Shown piece by piece: positions 1-11,944 of a DNA stretch of 64,000 nucleotides; within the stretch, counting starts at the first letter, position 1; each line of letters opens with the position of its first letter. The notes under the pieces were generated by a model that did no database searches, was not told the DNA's origin, and worked only from the letters and a program-made list of their open reading frames with translations. A program made the position numbers and the translations under genes. The DNA is from Candidatus Omnitrophota bacterium (GTDB lineage Bacteria > Omnitrophota > Gorgyraeia > 2-01-FULL-45-10), in the NCBI GenBank assembly GCA_016935115.1, contig JAFGRN010000004.1:5778-69777 (forward strand), given 5' to 3'.

Positions 1-995
1 TCATCAACTATCTTCGCCTCTATCTTCTGCCTGTTGCGGTTTTCCGTATCCAGTATCCTGGCAAGCTTCATAGCCTCACTCTCATCCTCACACATCAAAA
101 GGTCGAGCGCTTTCTGCGGTGAACCGATCCGCCCCATAGCATTTATCCTGGGGCCCAGCGCAAAACCGATATGCCCGCTCGATATATCCCTGGTACCCAG
201 CCCCGCGACATCCATCAGCGCCTTCAAGCCCGCGCGGCCGCGCGCATTAAGTTCCGCCAGGCCGTGCTTTGTCAGGGTCCTGTTCTCTCCGAGAAGCGGC
301 GCTATATCGGCCACCGTGCCAAGGCTCACAAGATCGAGAAAATCTTCGGCAAAGTGCGGGGTTCCGTCATACAACGCTTTCACGAGCTTGTATGCCAGCC
401 CCACGCCGGCCAGATGCTTAAATGGGTAATCACAGCCCGGCTGCAGCGGATTTATCACGGCGCAGGCATCCGGAACTCTGCCATCGGCTATCTCATGATG
501 ATCGGTAATTATCACATCTATGCCGAACGCCTTCGCCTGATCTATCTCCTTAAAAGACGTTATGCCGCAGTCGACAGTGATTATGAGCGAAGTCCCGTTC
601 GCGTGAGACCTTTTTATGGCATTATTATTGAGCCCGTAACCTTCTTCTACGCGGTTCGGTATATATGTGTCCACATTCGCGCCGAGTATCCTGAGCGCCG
701 AGCAGGTTATGGCAACGCTCGTCATGCCGTCCACATCATAGTCGCCATATACGAGGATCTTCTCCTTCTTCGCTATAGCCCTCCTGATGCGGCTCACCGC
801 TTTATCCATGCCTTTCAGCAGGAACGGATCATGACAGGACGAAAGGGATGCATTGAGGAACTCGGAAGCGCTGCCGGGGTTATCGATACCTCTATTTACC
901 AGAAGCTGCGCCGTAACGCTCGAGATATTCAATTTTGACGCGAGGCTATCCCTCAGCGCCGGACGGGAATCTTTTATCAGCCAGAGTTTCTGCAT
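1..995 (-). CDS. recJ: Single-stranded-DNA-specific exonuclease RecJ, N-terminal part (gene runs off the left edge)
   Basis: Absent from the ORF track because there is no stop in the window. My minus-strand translation from ATG 995..993 gives MQKLWLIKDSRPAL...ILVYGDYDVDGMTS...ITVDCGI...VIITDHHE, which are DHH-family motifs in RecJ order. Confidence 0.85.
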   Translation of the reverse strand, partial: MQKLWLIKDSRPALRDSLASKLNISSVTAQLLVNRGIDNPGSASEFLNASLSSCHDPFLLKGMDKAVSRIRRAIAKKEKILVYGDYDVDGMTSVAITCSALRILGANVDTYIPNRVEEGYGLNNNAIKRSHANGTSLIITVDCGITSFKEIDQAKAFGIDVIITDHHEIADGRVPDACAVINPLQPGCDYPFKHLAGVGLAYKLVKALYDGTPHFAEDFLDLVSLGTVADIAPLLGENRTLTKHGLAELNARGRAGLKALMDVAGLGTRDISSGHIGFALGPRINAMGRIGSPQKALDLLMCEDESEAMKLARILDTENRNRQKIEAKIVD

Positions 996-1028
996 AATAT
1001 CACGTGGGTTATATTGTAAGAGCGCCTA

Positions 1029-1913
1029 TTATTTGGGTTCGACATGCACAAGCACATCAGCCACTTCGGGAATGTTTGCCTTCAAAGCGCTCTCAACGGC
1101 ATAAGAGACCTTGTGCGCTTCATCTACGCTCATCCGGGAATCGACCTGCACATGGAGATCCACGCAAATATCATCCGGCCTTCCGCGCGTGCGTATCTTA
1201 TGGCAGGCCCTGACACCTTTAACATTCATTACTATGCCGGAAACTTTCCTTGAATCCAGTATGGCGGCCCTGTCGCACAATATCACGGAAGCATCCCTCG
1301 CTATCCTGAACGCGGCATATCCTATGAAAATAGCGATGATGAAAGTTATTACCGGATCCACTATAGGAAAACCCAGCCTTATTCCTATCAATGCCACGAT
1401 GACGGATAATGAGGTAAGAATATCCGCTCCCGTATGCATCGAATCCGCTATGAGAATATCGCTGCCGAGCTTCCTGCCCTCCCTGTATTCATATTTCATT
1501 ACCAGGATATTGATAGCCATTGTAGAGATGATAACGATGAAACTCATGGCTCCCGCGGCGGGAGCGACGGGATTGAAGAAACGAATAAAACTCTCTTTGA
1601 TAAGGCTGAACGATACCACCGCCAGAAGCGCGGCTATGCCCAGGGAGAATAAAGTCTCGTATTTCTTATGCCCGTAAGGATGGTCTTCGTCAACGGGGCG
1701 TTCCGACAGGGCTATACCGATGAGGCCGACTATATTAGAAGCTCCGTCGGATAGCGAATGGAAGCCATCGGCCATCATGCTCTGGCACCTTGTAATAAAA
1801 CCGGCTAAGATCTTAGCCCCTGCTACTATCCAGTTTAGGCCCAATACCACAATAAGCACTAATTTGATGCGCTTATATGCTATCATCTCTTTCCGGTAAG
1901 TTTGCCGTGCCAT
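1029..1913 (-). CDS. Cation diffusion facilitator (CDF) family metal efflux transporter
   Basis: 294-aa ORF with 6 predicted TM segments, the HSLSD and HTGAD motifs, and a C-terminal cytoplasmic domain. An alternative start at 1886 forms an ATGA overlap with the secDF stop. Confidence 0.85.
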   Translation of the reverse strand: MARQTYRKEMIAYKRIKLVLIVVLGLNWIVAGAKILAGFITRCQSMMADGFHSLSDGASNIVGLIGIALSERPVDEDHPYGHKKYETLFSLGIAALLAVVSFSLIKESFIRFFNPVAPAAGAMSFIVIISTMAINILVMKYEYREGRKLGSDILIADSMHTGADILTSLSVIVALIGIRLGFPIVDPVITFIIAIFIGYAAFRIARDASVILCDRAAILDSRKVSGIVMNVKGVRACHKIRTRGRPDDICVDLHVQVDSRMSVDEAHKVSYAVESALKANIPEVADVLVHVEPK

Positions 1914-4114
1914 GATATTACCAGAGGGCTCGCGATATAAACGGTAGAATAAACTCCTGTCATGAACCCGACGAATATACAGAACGAGAAGTTATTCAGC
2001 ACTTCGCCGCCGAAAATAAGCAGCGCGACTACCGCCAGCATTGTAACGCCGGTGGTAAGAACAGTCCTGCCGAGCATCTGGTTTACGGTCAAGTTCACTA
2101 TGTCGGCAAAGCTCCCCTTCTTTACTGCCCGTAAGTTCTCCCTTATCCTGTCATAGATTACCACCGTATCGTTGATCGAATAACCCGCAATCGTAAGAAG
2201 CGCCGCCACTACCGTGAGATCAAACTGTCTGTGGGTAATGGCCATAATGCCTACGGCAACCACAACATCATGTATGAGAGCCACCACGCCGGCAATGCCG
2301 TACTTCATATCAAATCTGAACATTATATAGATGGCTATGCCCGCGAGGCCCAGGCATAGGCTTATAAGGGCATTCTGCCGCAGGTTTCTTCCTACAGCCG
2401 GACCGACCGTCTCGACCCTCATAACCTGGAAACTGTTATCCTTTATCTCATTTGCCAGGGCATTATTCAGCTGCGTGGCGATATTCTGCTGTGTGCGTAT
2501 TATAACTTCCCTGGGGTCGCCGTACTGCTGTATGGAAGCATCTCCCTGCCCAAGGCCCCTAAGCACGCCTCTTATCACGTCCATCTGGACAGGCTTATTG
2601 AACATCAGCTGTTCCATGGTTCCGCCGGAAAAGTCCACGCCGAAATTTTTATCCCCGCGCATCGCGAAGACGGCGATGCCGCCTATTATAAGTATGGTTG
2701 AAAACGCATAACATATCTTTCTTTTGCTTATAAAGTCAAAATTCGTAGGAGGAAAGAGCTGCATAAACTTGAGTTTCGCGAGATTGAACTGGTCGCAGAG
2801 CACTTCGAATATCACCTTGGTACAGGCAACCGCCGTAAAGAGGTTTGCTATAAGGCCTATGGTAAGCGTAACCGCAAAACCCCTGACCGGACCGGATCCG
2901 AATTTAAATATAAGCGCGGCGGCCACTATGGTAGTGACATTGGAGTCTATGATCGCCGAAATCGCCCGATGGTATCCTGAGGCGATGGATGCCCGTAAGG
3001 TCTTACCAAGGCTCATCTCCTCGCGTATCCTCTCAAATATCAGGACGTTGGCGTCTACGGACATGCCCATGGTCAATATCAAACCTGCAATGCCGGGCAG
3101 TGTCAATGTCCCTTTGAATAAGGCGAGGCCGGCCAGTATAAGAAGCATGTTGAGCATGAGCGCTATATTAGCTACAATGCCGGCGAGCCTGTAATAGATA
3201 AACATAAAAACAAGCACGAGGAGAGCGCCTATTATTGCCGCCTTCATGCCGCTCTTTATTGAGTCTGCCCCCAGGAGAGGCCCCACAGTCCTCTCCTCTT
3301 CAACTATAACCGGCGCCGGAAGCGCGCCGGCCCTCAGGATAACCGATAGATCATTAGCCTGATCTATGGAGAAATTGCCGCTTATTTGCGCCTGTCCCGA
3401 AGGTATCGCTTCGCGTATTACCGGAGCTGATACGACTTTGCCGTCAAGCACTATCGCGAGCCGTTTATTGACATTGGCAGCAGTAACATCCGCGAATATC
3501 TGGGCGCCCTTGGAATTGAGCGTAAGGGATACATAAGGCTCGCCGAAACCGCGAGAACTGAACTCGGTCTTGGCATTAACCAGAAGATCTCCGGTAAGGC
3601 TGGCGTCCTTTGCGACCAGGAGCGGCTCGCGCCCTCCGCGCTCACTGTCGCCTTCCAGGTACTTAAGCTCATAACCCTCAACCGGTTCGTTATTTATGGC
3701 TTTTTTCAAATCCTCTACATTATCCGAGACGAGTTTGAACTCAAGATGCGCGGTCTTACCTATTATCTCCAGGGCCCTTTCCCTGTCGGTAACGCCCGGA
3801 AGCTGCACGATTATATTGTCTTTTCCCTGCCGCTGTATCGCCATCTCGCCGACGCCGAACTGGTCGACCCTGTTGCGTATGATCTCCATGGCCCTCTCAA
3901 CAGCATCCTTCCTCGCGTCTGCGGGCAGTTTCGACGTATCCACCTTAAGCACTACATGCATGCCGCCCTGAAGATCGAGGCCGAGATTGATCTTGCCCTT
4001 CTGTATTATCTGGCCGTCTTTATCTTTAACCGTAAACGGCGGCCATATGAGCCATACCGATACCGCGGCTATAAGAATTATTCCCAGCAACTTCCATTGA
4101 AGATTTCTGTTCAT
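1883..4114 (-). CDS. secDF: Protein translocase subunit SecDF (single fused polypeptide)
   Basis: 743-aa ORF. It has the SecD-type LGLDLQGG motif and large periplasmic loop, followed by a SecF-type GVDFSGGT half in the same frame with no stop. Confidence 0.93.
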   Translation of the reverse strand: MNRNLQWKLLGIILIAAVSVWLIWPPFTVKDKDGQIIQKGKINLGLDLQGGMHVVLKVDTSKLPADARKDAVERAMEIIRNRVDQFGVGEMAIQRQGKDNIIVQLPGVTDRERALEIIGKTAHLEFKLVSDNVEDLKKAINNEPVEGYELKYLEGDSERGGREPLLVAKDASLTGDLLVNAKTEFSSRGFGEPYVSLTLNSKGAQIFADVTAANVNKRLAIVLDGKVVSAPVIREAIPSGQAQISGNFSIDQANDLSVILRAGALPAPVIVEEERTVGPLLGADSIKSGMKAAIIGALLVLVFMFIYYRLAGIVANIALMLNMLLILAGLALFKGTLTLPGIAGLILTMGMSVDANVLIFERIREEMSLGKTLRASIASGYHRAISAIIDSNVTTIVAAALIFKFGSGPVRGFAVTLTIGLIANLFTAVACTKVIFEVLCDQFNLAKLKFMQLFPPTNFDFISKRKICYAFSTILIIGGIAVFAMRGDKNFGVDFSGGTMEQLMFNKPVQMDVIRGVLRGLGQGDASIQQYGDPREVIIRTQQNIATQLNNALANEIKDNSFQVMRVETVGPAVGRNLRQNALISLCLGLAGIAIYIMFRFDMKYGIAGVVALIHDVVVAVGIMAITHRQFDLTVVAALLTIAGYSINDTVVIYDRIRENLRAVKKGSFADIVNLTVNQMLGRTVLTTGVTMLAVVALLIFGGEVLNNFSFCIFVGFMTGVYSTVYIASPLVISWHGKLTGKR

Positions 4115-4147
4115 CTCCTTTTAACCCCCCTGAAATTTATATTATGC

Positions 4148-4419
4148 CTATTCCGACGATTTACGCCTTATCGACGCTACGCTCGACTTCTGTATCTCGA
4201 TCTTCACGTTATCGTCGACTTTCAATGTAACCGTAGAATCCTTGACATTAGCCACTGTGCCATGGATGCCGCCCGAAGTTATTATCTCGTCGTTCTTCTT
4301 CAAAGAAGCCACCATCTTCTTATGGTCATCCTGTATCTTTTTCTGCGGCCTTATCAAAAGAAAATAAAATACCACGAATATCAAGCCGATTGCTATCAAT
4401 TGCGACTGTACCGGATTCA

Positions 4420-4420
<1 letters not shown>
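4148..4420 (-). CDS. yajC: Preprotein translocase subunit YajC
   Basis: 90 aa with one N-terminal TM segment. The LIRPQKK...GGIHGTV pattern is typical of YajC, and it lies between tgt and secDF as in E. coli. Confidence 0.9.
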
Positions 4421-5562
<1,142 letters not shown>

Positions 5563-6567
5563 TCAGAGGATCAGCGTAGCGTCACCGTAGCTGAAGAACC
5601 TGTACCGCCTGTCGATCGCTTCACGATAGGCATCCATTATAAAATCCCTGCCGGCAAAAGCCGAGGCCAGGATGAGAAGCGTCGATCTCGGCAGGTGAAA
5701 ATTTGTTATAAGATGGTCTGTGATCTTAAAGCTGTACCCCGGATATATAAAGAGGTCCGTCCATCCGGAAGCCGCCTTCAAGCCGGTGCCGCAGTGTTCC
5801 AGCACCCTGTTCGAGGTCGTTCCGGCCGCGAATACCCTGCCTCCGCTCTCTTTTACCGCCCGTACTGTATCGGCGGCCTCCTGCGGCAGCTCGAAGTACT
5901 CCCTGTGCATCTTATGGCCTTCTATCTCTTCGCATTTTACCGGAGCGAATGTGCCGTAATTGGTATGGAGGGTGATATACGCTATCTTCACGCCCTTCGA
6001 CCTGATCTTATCCAGGATCTCCGAGGTGAAGTGCAGCCCCGCGGTCGGGCTCGCCGTCGCGCCCTCCCTGCTTCCGTAAACGGTCTGATAGTCGCCGATA
6101 TCTCCTTCTTCATCTTTTCTATCTATGTACGGCGGCAGCGGAACATGCCCCTCCCTGGCCAATACCTCATCTATCGGGCGGGCGAACCTTACGAACCTGC
6201 CCACCGGGCCTCTGCCCAGAACTTCAACCTCATCTCCGGATTCGAGCGCAACCCTCTCGCCCTCCTTTATCCGCACGGAAGGCCTGAGAAGCGCTTCGGC
6301 AGCGGGCTCTTTCTTCTCGAGGAGAAATATCTCAACCCTGCCGCCGGTCTTCCGCCTGGCAAATAACCTGGCAGGTATCACTTTTGTATTATTCAATACA
6401 AGGCAGTCGCCCGGGGAAAAGTAATCGACTATATCCCGGAATATCCTGTGTTCCACCGACCGTTTCGCGCGGTCCATTACCATAAGGCGGCATTTGTCAC
6501 GCTTCTTCGCCGGATACTGCGCTATAAGATCTTTTGGCAGGCTGTAATCGAATTCCGAAAGTTTCAT
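5563..6567 (-). CDS. queA: S-adenosylmethionine:tRNA ribosyltransferase-isomerase
   Basis: 334 aa. The N-terminus MKLSEFDYSLPKDLIAQYP and the GTTS.R and SYGDA motifs are typical of QueA. Confidence 0.95.
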   Translation of the reverse strand: MKLSEFDYSLPKDLIAQYPAKKRDKCRLMVMDRAKRSVEHRIFRDIVDYFSPGDCLVLNNTKVIPARLFARRKTGGRVEIFLLEKKEPAAEALLRPSVRIKEGERVALESGDEVEVLGRGPVGRFVRFARPIDEVLAREGHVPLPPYIDRKDEEGDIGDYQTVYGSREGATASPTAGLHFTSEILDKIRSKGVKIAYITLHTNYGTFAPVKCEEIEGHKMHREYFELPQEAADTVRAVKESGGRVFAAGTTSNRVLEHCGTGLKAASGWTDLFIYPGYSFKITDHLITNFHLPRSTLLILASAFAGRDFIMDAYREAIDRRYRFFSYGDATLIL

Positions 6568-6575
6568 ATATTCCT

Positions 6576-7673
6576 TCAGAAGGTCGACCTTCGTATTCCG
6601 ACGTTAATAAGCAGCCCTATAGCCACAAGCGTCGCCAGCAGGCTGGATCCGCCGTAGCTTACCAGCGGAAGAGGTATCCCCACGACCGGCATTAGCCCGA
6701 TCGTCATAGCGATATTTATAACGACCTGCAGGCCCAGAAGGACCGTGATGCCCGCGGCTATGCATTTTCCGCAACTATCACTGGTCAGGTTCCCGATATT
6801 GAAAGACCTGTGAATTACCAGGAGGTAAAGCAGTATGATCGCCGCGGCCCCAAGAAACCCCCACTCCTCGCCGATCACCGAAAATATGAAATCTGTATGC
6901 CGTTCGGGGATAAAATTGAGCTGGTTCTGGGTGCCATTGAGCCACCCTTTACCCAGAAGCCCTCCCGAACCTACCGCTATCTTCGACTGGATTATGGTAT
7001 ATCCGGCGCCGAGCGGATCGGTATTGGGATTGATAAATACCATGAGGCGCTGTTTTTGGTAGCCGCGCAGCATATGCCAGAAGAAAGGCGTCGCGGCGAG
7101 GCCGGCGGCTATCATCCAGATAAGATACTTAATCCTTGCGCCGCCGATCAACAGTATCGCGAAAAATACCGGTATCAACAGCAGCGCGGTACCGAGATCC
7201 GGCTGGAGTATGACCAGCGCGAACGGTACTCCCATCAGCAGTAACGGTACCATCAGGCTCTTCAGAGAATCCATATCCCCTTTTCTGCTTCCGACATAAG
7301 CGGATAGCGCGAGAATAAGGGTAAGTTTCATGAATTCGGACGGCTGGAACGCGAAACCCGCTATCGAAAACCATCTCTGGGCGCCGAGCCGCGCCTGGCC
7401 GAGAATAAGGACGAGCGCAAGCAGCGCCACATTAATGCCGTATAATATGTAAGCGGCATCCAGAAATTTATGATATGAGATCCTTGCCGCGATGATAAGG
7501 AATATGATAGCGACGCCAAACCATGTAAGTTGCTTAAAAAGGTAACCCTCCATAAAAGGCAGATTCTTCGCCTGCGTTGCGCTCTCTATGGAGAGAAGGC
7601 CTATTATGAATATTATAAAAACCAGCGCAAGCAGCATCGCGTCAAAATTTTTGATCTTCTTTATTTTCATCAT
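6576..7673 (-). CDS. rodA: Peptidoglycan glycosyltransferase RodA (SEDS family)
   Basis: 365-aa polytopic FtsW/RodA/SpoVE protein (PSEFMKL, SYGGSS) immediately downstream of PBP2 in the mre operon. Confidence 0.9.
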   Translation of the reverse strand: MMKIKKIKNFDAMLLALVFIIFIIGLLSIESATQAKNLPFMEGYLFKQLTWFGVAIIFLIIAARISYHKFLDAAYILYGINVALLALVLILGQARLGAQRWFSIAGFAFQPSEFMKLTLILALSAYVGSRKGDMDSLKSLMVPLLLMGVPFALVILQPDLGTALLLIPVFFAILLIGGARIKYLIWMIAAGLAATPFFWHMLRGYQKQRLMVFINPNTDPLGAGYTIIQSKIAVGSGGLLGKGWLNGTQNQLNFIPERHTDFIFSVIGEEWGFLGAAAIILLYLLVIHRSFNIGNLTSDSCGKCIAAGITVLLGLQVVINIAMTIGLMPVVGIPLPLVSYGGSSLLATLVAIGLLINVGIRRSTF

Positions 7674-9409
7674 TTAAAGTATCCCATGGCTTTCGCCTCC
7701 TCGAATACTCCCCTCGCCATTGATGCCGGCTCCAGCCCGCCCTTTCCGCCATGCTCCAGGAAGACCACTACGCATATTTTCGGATCGCCATAAGGAGCAT
7801 ACCCGCAGAACCACGCGTGCGTCGCCCCCTGCGGATTCTGCGCGGTCCCGGTCTTACCGGCAACCGCCACTCCCTCTGCCTTCGCCCTCTTTCCGGTACC
7901 TGCCTGCGCATTCACCACCGCAAAGAGCCCGCCTCTGACATTCTGAATGGTCGAGCTCTTCAACCCGATACTCCTGAGCTGCGGCATACGCGTCTGGATC
8001 GCGCCTATGCGTTTGACTATATGCGGCCTGACAAGGCTGCCGTTGTTAGCGATAACCGCGGCCATAACAAGCACCTGCATAGGCGTGACAAGCAGATAGC
8101 TCTGCCCTATGGCATAATGCAGTGTCTCGCCTTCATACCATCCGGCTTTTTTACGCGAAAGTTTCCACTCCCTGCCCGGGACTATCCCGCTCACTTCGTC
8201 CGGCAGATCCACTCCGGCAGGCCTTCCGTAGCCGAAAAGCTTGGCATATGCTTCCAGATTATCCACGCCGAGAGCCCGGCCCGTATTATAGAAGAAGACA
8301 TTGCACGAATTCATCAGGCCCTCAACCACATTCTGCGAACCGTGACCGCCCTCTTTCCAGCAATCAAAACTGAACTTGCCGAGCCTGTACGTCCCGCCGC
8401 AGAAGAACTTAGTCCCGTAAGATATCTTGCCAAGGTCGAGCGCGGCTGAGGCCGTCACTATCTTGAAGACCGATCCGGGCGGATATATTCCCGATATGGC
8501 CTTGTTCGACATGGGACGCCCTTTCCTGTCATTAAGAAGCTCCTTACGCCTTACCGATGTCCCGTGTTTCACAAATATATTTGGATCAAAGGTAGGATGG
8601 CTCGCGAGAGCAAGTATCCCGCCGCTGGCGGGATCCATCACAATAATAGCTCCCTTATGGTCTCCGAGGAGCTTGTCACAGGTGATCTGCAGGGGCATAT
8701 CTATAGTAAGCTGCAGGGGCGGTCCGTTCTCCGGCTCCTTTACGCCCAGTATCCGAGTCTGCCGTCCGCGGCTGTCTACCTCCACCTGAGTGCCTCCGTC
8801 TACACCTTTGAGATAACTTTCGTAGAATTTCTCCAGGCCCGACCTGCCGATAAGGTCACCGCTCCTGTAGCCGAGATCTTTAAGTGTTTCCAGCTCTCCC
8901 TCGGTGACTTCGCTCAGGTAACCGGCAAGATGACAGCCGTAGTGCTTATAAGGATATTCGCGTTTTGACCTGGTTTCTATCGTTAATCCTGTTACGTCAA
9001 AACTGGCTTCCTCAAGCTCTATCGCCGCGTCTTTGTTTATATCCTCCGCGATCGTGACCGGAGAATATGGCCTCTTCCTCGCCTTCTCAAGAGCCTTCAG
9101 GATCTCTTCGCCGGTCATGCCGAGTGCCTTGCTCAGGAGGCGCGCCAGTTTTCTGCGGTCATTTATCTCCTGATATACCAGCGCGACATCGAAGGAGAGG
9201 CGGTTAGTCACTATCGGCAGCCCGGAGCGGTCGTATATATCCCCGCGCGGGCCGTCAATCGGGATAACCCGTATGGAATTATTCCTGGCCAACCTGGAAT
9301 AATACCCATACCGCAGGATCTGGTTATAAAAAAGCCCCGCTATGAGCAGGAGGAAAGCGGCCGTGATGGCGCTTATAAGGAAATGATTCCTGGCCTCAAC
9401 GCTCATCAC
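7670..9409 (-). CDS. mrdA: Penicillin-binding protein 2 (class B transpeptidase, elongasome)
   Basis: 579 aa with an N-terminal TM segment and the SxxK (GSVFK), SxN (SCN) and KTGT motifs. It sits between mreD and rodA. Confidence 0.92.
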   Translation of the reverse strand: MMSVEARNHFLISAITAAFLLLIAGLFYNQILRYGYYSRLARNNSIRVIPIDGPRGDIYDRSGLPIVTNRLSFDVALVYQEINDRRKLARLLSKALGMTGEEILKALEKARKRPYSPVTIAEDINKDAAIELEEASFDVTGLTIETRSKREYPYKHYGCHLAGYLSEVTEGELETLKDLGYRSGDLIGRSGLEKFYESYLKGVDGGTQVEVDSRGRQTRILGVKEPENGPPLQLTIDMPLQITCDKLLGDHKGAIIVMDPASGGILALASHPTFDPNIFVKHGTSVRRKELLNDRKGRPMSNKAISGIYPPGSVFKIVTASAALDLGKISYGTKFFCGGTYRLGKFSFDCWKEGGHGSQNVVEGLMNSCNVFFYNTGRALGVDNLEAYAKLFGYGRPAGVDLPDEVSGIVPGREWKLSRKKAGWYEGETLHYAIGQSYLLVTPMQVLVMAAVIANNGSLVRPHIVKRIGAIQTRMPQLRSIGLKSSTIQNVRGGLFAVVNAQAGTGKRAKAEGVAVAGKTGTAQNPQGATHAWFCGYAPYGDPKICVVVFLEHGGKGGLEPASMARGVFEEAKAMGYFK

Positions 9410-9918
9410 AGATACTCCTCTGAACCGCGCAATCCGTAGATCTCGATGAGTTTAAAGAAGATGGGTATGGAGATAAGGGCGGTATATATGCATACCGGAA
9501 ATACTGAACCTAAGAAGTAGCCGCCGAAGCTTAATCCGATCCATCCCGAAAATATAGAAGCGATAAAGAAGTGAAGTGCCATCGAAAAGGCCGTAAGCAC
9601 CGCGACCAGCAGGCAGCGCGTCCTCGCGGAATCCCTCGAAAATTTGGTCCCGAGGATCCCGGCCAGGAGGCCTGTAAGGCCAAAAATGAATATGTGGATT
9701 CCGAAAAAATCGAGAGCAAAAAGATCGGCCAATGCTCCGGCGACGATCCCGGTTTCCAGCCCTCTGCCCGGACCCAGGAAGAGCCCGAAGAATACCGCCA
9801 GCATCACGAGAAGATCCGGCCTTACTCCGAATATCGCGATATGCCTCAAGACTGTTACCTGCAGGAGGAGCGCCAGCGCCAATATAAAATAGATCTGTAA
9901 ACGCCCTATCGTATGCAC
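9406..9918 (-). CDS. mreD: Rod shape-determining protein MreD
   Basis: 170-aa multi-TM protein between mreC and mrdA, overlapping both neighbours by a few nt. Confidence 0.8.
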   Translation of the reverse strand: MHTIGRLQIYFILALALLLQVTVLRHIAIFGVRPDLLVMLAVFFGLFLGPGRGLETGIVAGALADLFALDFFGIHIFIFGLTGLLAGILGTKFSRDSARTRCLLVAVLTAFSMALHFFIASIFSGWIGLSFGGYFLGSVFPVCIYTALISIPIFFKLIEIYGLRGSEEYL

Positions 9919-10685
9919 AGGACCTCTTCGAGCTTGGTCATATCCTGGGCGGGGCGGACTATCGCGTATTTATACAGGCGCCCGGGCTCTTTACCTACAG
10001 CCGCGACCTCGCCTATCAGGATACCCTTCGGGAAGACACTGCCGAATCCGGCTGTAATCACCCTATCGCCCGGAGCAACATCCGAATCAAGGGCTATGTA
10101 GATCATTTTGCAACTTCCGTCCGGCCTTCCGACCAATATGCCGCCCTGACGGTTGCGCTGTATAATAACCCCTGCTTTTGAATTTGGATCGGTTATAAGA
10201 AGTATTTTACTCGATGTCCGCCCGACTTCAAGAGTTCTTCCCACAAGCCCCTTCATCGAGATCACGGCCCTGTTATCATTTATCCCATGCGCGGAACCTT
10301 TATTTATGATGAGGGAATTTGACCAATTGGAAGGGTCGCGGCCTATAACTTCCGCGGGAATGGATGAGAATGGGATCGCGTTTTTGAAGCCGAGTATATC
10401 CTTCAGCCTTCGGTTCTCCGCGGAAAGCGTGCCGGATTCCTCGATGCGCCTGTTCAAGAGGTCTATGCGTTCACGCAATAACCTGTTCTCTTCCCTCAGG
10501 GAAGCGAAAGGGATTATCTTCTTAACCGCCCTCATCGCGCCGTTAAGGCCTTTGAGCGGCAGAGAAGCCGCCCCTGAAATGCCGGTCCTGAATGGATTCG
10601 ATATCGATCTGGAATTAATTATAAGAAATACGAGGAATGCCAGTACTGCGAGGATTTTTACTGCTATGTTCTTTCGGTTGCGCAC
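9906..10685 (-). CDS. mreC: Rod shape-determining protein MreC
   Basis: 259 aa with an N-terminal TM segment, a coiled coil (LLRERIDLLNRRIEE) and beta-rich domains with GD.V.T.G motifs. It follows mreB. Confidence 0.9.
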   Translation of the reverse strand: MRNRKNIAVKILAVLAFLVFLIINSRSISNPFRTGISGAASLPLKGLNGAMRAVKKIIPFASLREENRLLRERIDLLNRRIEESGTLSAENRRLKDILGFKNAIPFSSIPAEVIGRDPSNWSNSLIINKGSAHGINDNRAVISMKGLVGRTLEVGRTSSKILLITDPNSKAGVIIQRNRQGGILVGRPDGSCKMIYIALDSDVAPGDRVITAGFGSVFPKGILIGEVAAVGKEPGRLYKYAIVRPAQDMTKLEEVLCIR

Positions 10686-10687
10686 AT

Positions 10688-11761
10688 CTAGCGCTCAATC
10701 CTTGGGGACGCGGTCAGCATCTTAAGATACTTCATTTCGCTGAGCACTTTGCCGGTACCCATCGCGACTGCCGTCATGGGATCTTCCGAGAGGTGCACGG
10801 GCAGGCCCGTCTCTTCGGAGATAAGCTTGTCGATGCCGCGCAGGAGCGACCCGCCTCCGGCAAGCACTATGCCCTTCTCTATGAGGTCAGAGGATAGTTC
10901 CGGAGGCGTCCTCTCGAGCGTTATCCTTACAGCCTCGAGCACCTGGGCGATCGGCTCTGCCATCGCTTCGCGTATCTCTTCGCTCGTAAGCGTAACGCTC
11001 TTAGGCAGGCCCGCCACCAGGTCACGGCCCTTGACATCCATCTTAAGCTCTTCCTCGAGCGGATAGACAGAGCCTATCTTCATCTTTATATCTTCGGCCG
11101 TTCTCTCGCCTATCATCAGGTTATAATTTTTCTTTATATAATTGATTATCGCCTCATCGAGCTCGTCTCCGCCTACCCTCACGGACTTCGAGAATACTAC
11201 GCCGCCGAGCGATATTACCGCCATCTCCGTAGTGCCGCCGCCTATATCTATGATCATATTACCGGAAGGTTCCTGTGTCGGAAGGCCTACGCCTATGGCC
11301 GCGGCCATCGGCTCTTCGATAGTGAATACTTCACGCGCGCCGGCATGGAGCGCGGAATCTTTCACAGCGCGCCTCTCAACTTCCGTAATGCCCGAGGGTA
11401 TTGCTATGACTATGCGCGGCCTGCCGAGAGGCCTCGATTTATTGACTTTCTTGATGAAATATCTGAGCATCGCCTCGGAGATCTCAAAGTCGGTTATGAC
11501 TCCGTGCCTCATCGGCCTGATAGCCACGATGTTTCCGGGAGTCCTGCCGAGCATCCGTTTGGCTTCTTCTCCTACGGCAAGCACATTGGAGGTTCCCGCC
11601 TGGACAGCGACTACTGAAGGTTCGCAGAGGACTATGCCCTGGTTCTTGAGGTATACGAGAGTATTAGCGGTACCGAGATCTATGCCCATATCGTTGGCGA
11701 AAAGGCCCAACGTCTCATCATAAAGTTTTACGCCCGCGCCCCAGACTGTCTTTATGTTCAT
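10688..11761 (-). CDS. mreB: Rod shape-determining actin homologue MreB
   Basis: Contains [12 protein letters not shown] and DIGGGTTE. I start it at ATG 11761, which has AAGGAG upstream. The track start at 11809 would overlap the predicted -35 box. Confidence 0.93.
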   Translation of the reverse strand: MNIKTVWGAGVKLYDETLGLFANDMGIDLGTANTLVYLKNQGIVLCEPSVVAVQAGTSNVLAVGEEAKRMLGRTPGNIVAIRPMRHGVITDFEISEAMLRYFIKKVNKSRPLGRPRIVIAIPSGITEVERRAVKDSALHAGAREVFTIEEPMAAAIGVGLPTQEPSGNMIIDIGGGTTEMAVISLGGVVFSKSVRVGGDELDEAIINYIKKNYNLMIGERTAEDIKMKIGSVYPLEEELKMDVKGRDLVAGLPKSVTLTSEEIREAMAEPIAQVLEAVRITLERTPPELSSDLIEKGIVLAGGGSLLRGIDKLISEETGLPVHLSEDPMTAVAMGTGKVLSEMKYLKMLTASPRIER

Positions 11762-11780
11762 AGAGTCTCCTTGACCAGCG

Positions 11781-11809
11781 ATATTAACAAAAAATCCCTC
11801 CCGTGTCAA
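11781..11809 (-). promoter_or_regulatory. Sigma-70-type promoter of the mre operon
   Basis: The minus strand reads TTGACA-17 nt-TAATAT, about 20 nt upstream of the AAGGAG/ATG of mreB. Confidence 0.5.
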
Positions 11810-11891
11810 ACATAATCCTCGCTATGCAAGCGTCGGGCTTAGGGGACGGTCCATTTGGGGACACCCCATACGATATTTTTTCCCACTCCGC

Positions 11892-11944
11892 CGTCATTGC
11901 GAGTAACCCCCTCACGTCATTGCGAGGGCGAAGCCCGAAGCAAT
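11892..11944. repeat. Two copies of CGTCATTGCGAG; the second copy extends into a nested hairpin
   Basis: cgtcattgcgag occurs at 11892-11903 and 11915-11926. The second continues as ATTGC-GA-GGGC-GAA-GCCC-GAA-GCAAT (11919-11944). The minus-strand translation gives the ...LRPRNDV...LLAMT... pseudo-peptide seen in ORF 11784..11966. Confidence 0.7.

Noticed and set aside
10688-11809. Long N-terminal extensions in the ORF track (mreB to 11809, rluD to 14700, NIF3 to 58700, secreted protein to 26126, murD to 44408, mtnP to 19677)
   Set aside because: In each case an internal ATG has a good SD sequence and yields the family-typical N-terminus. The extensions overlap upstream genes, promoters or terminators.
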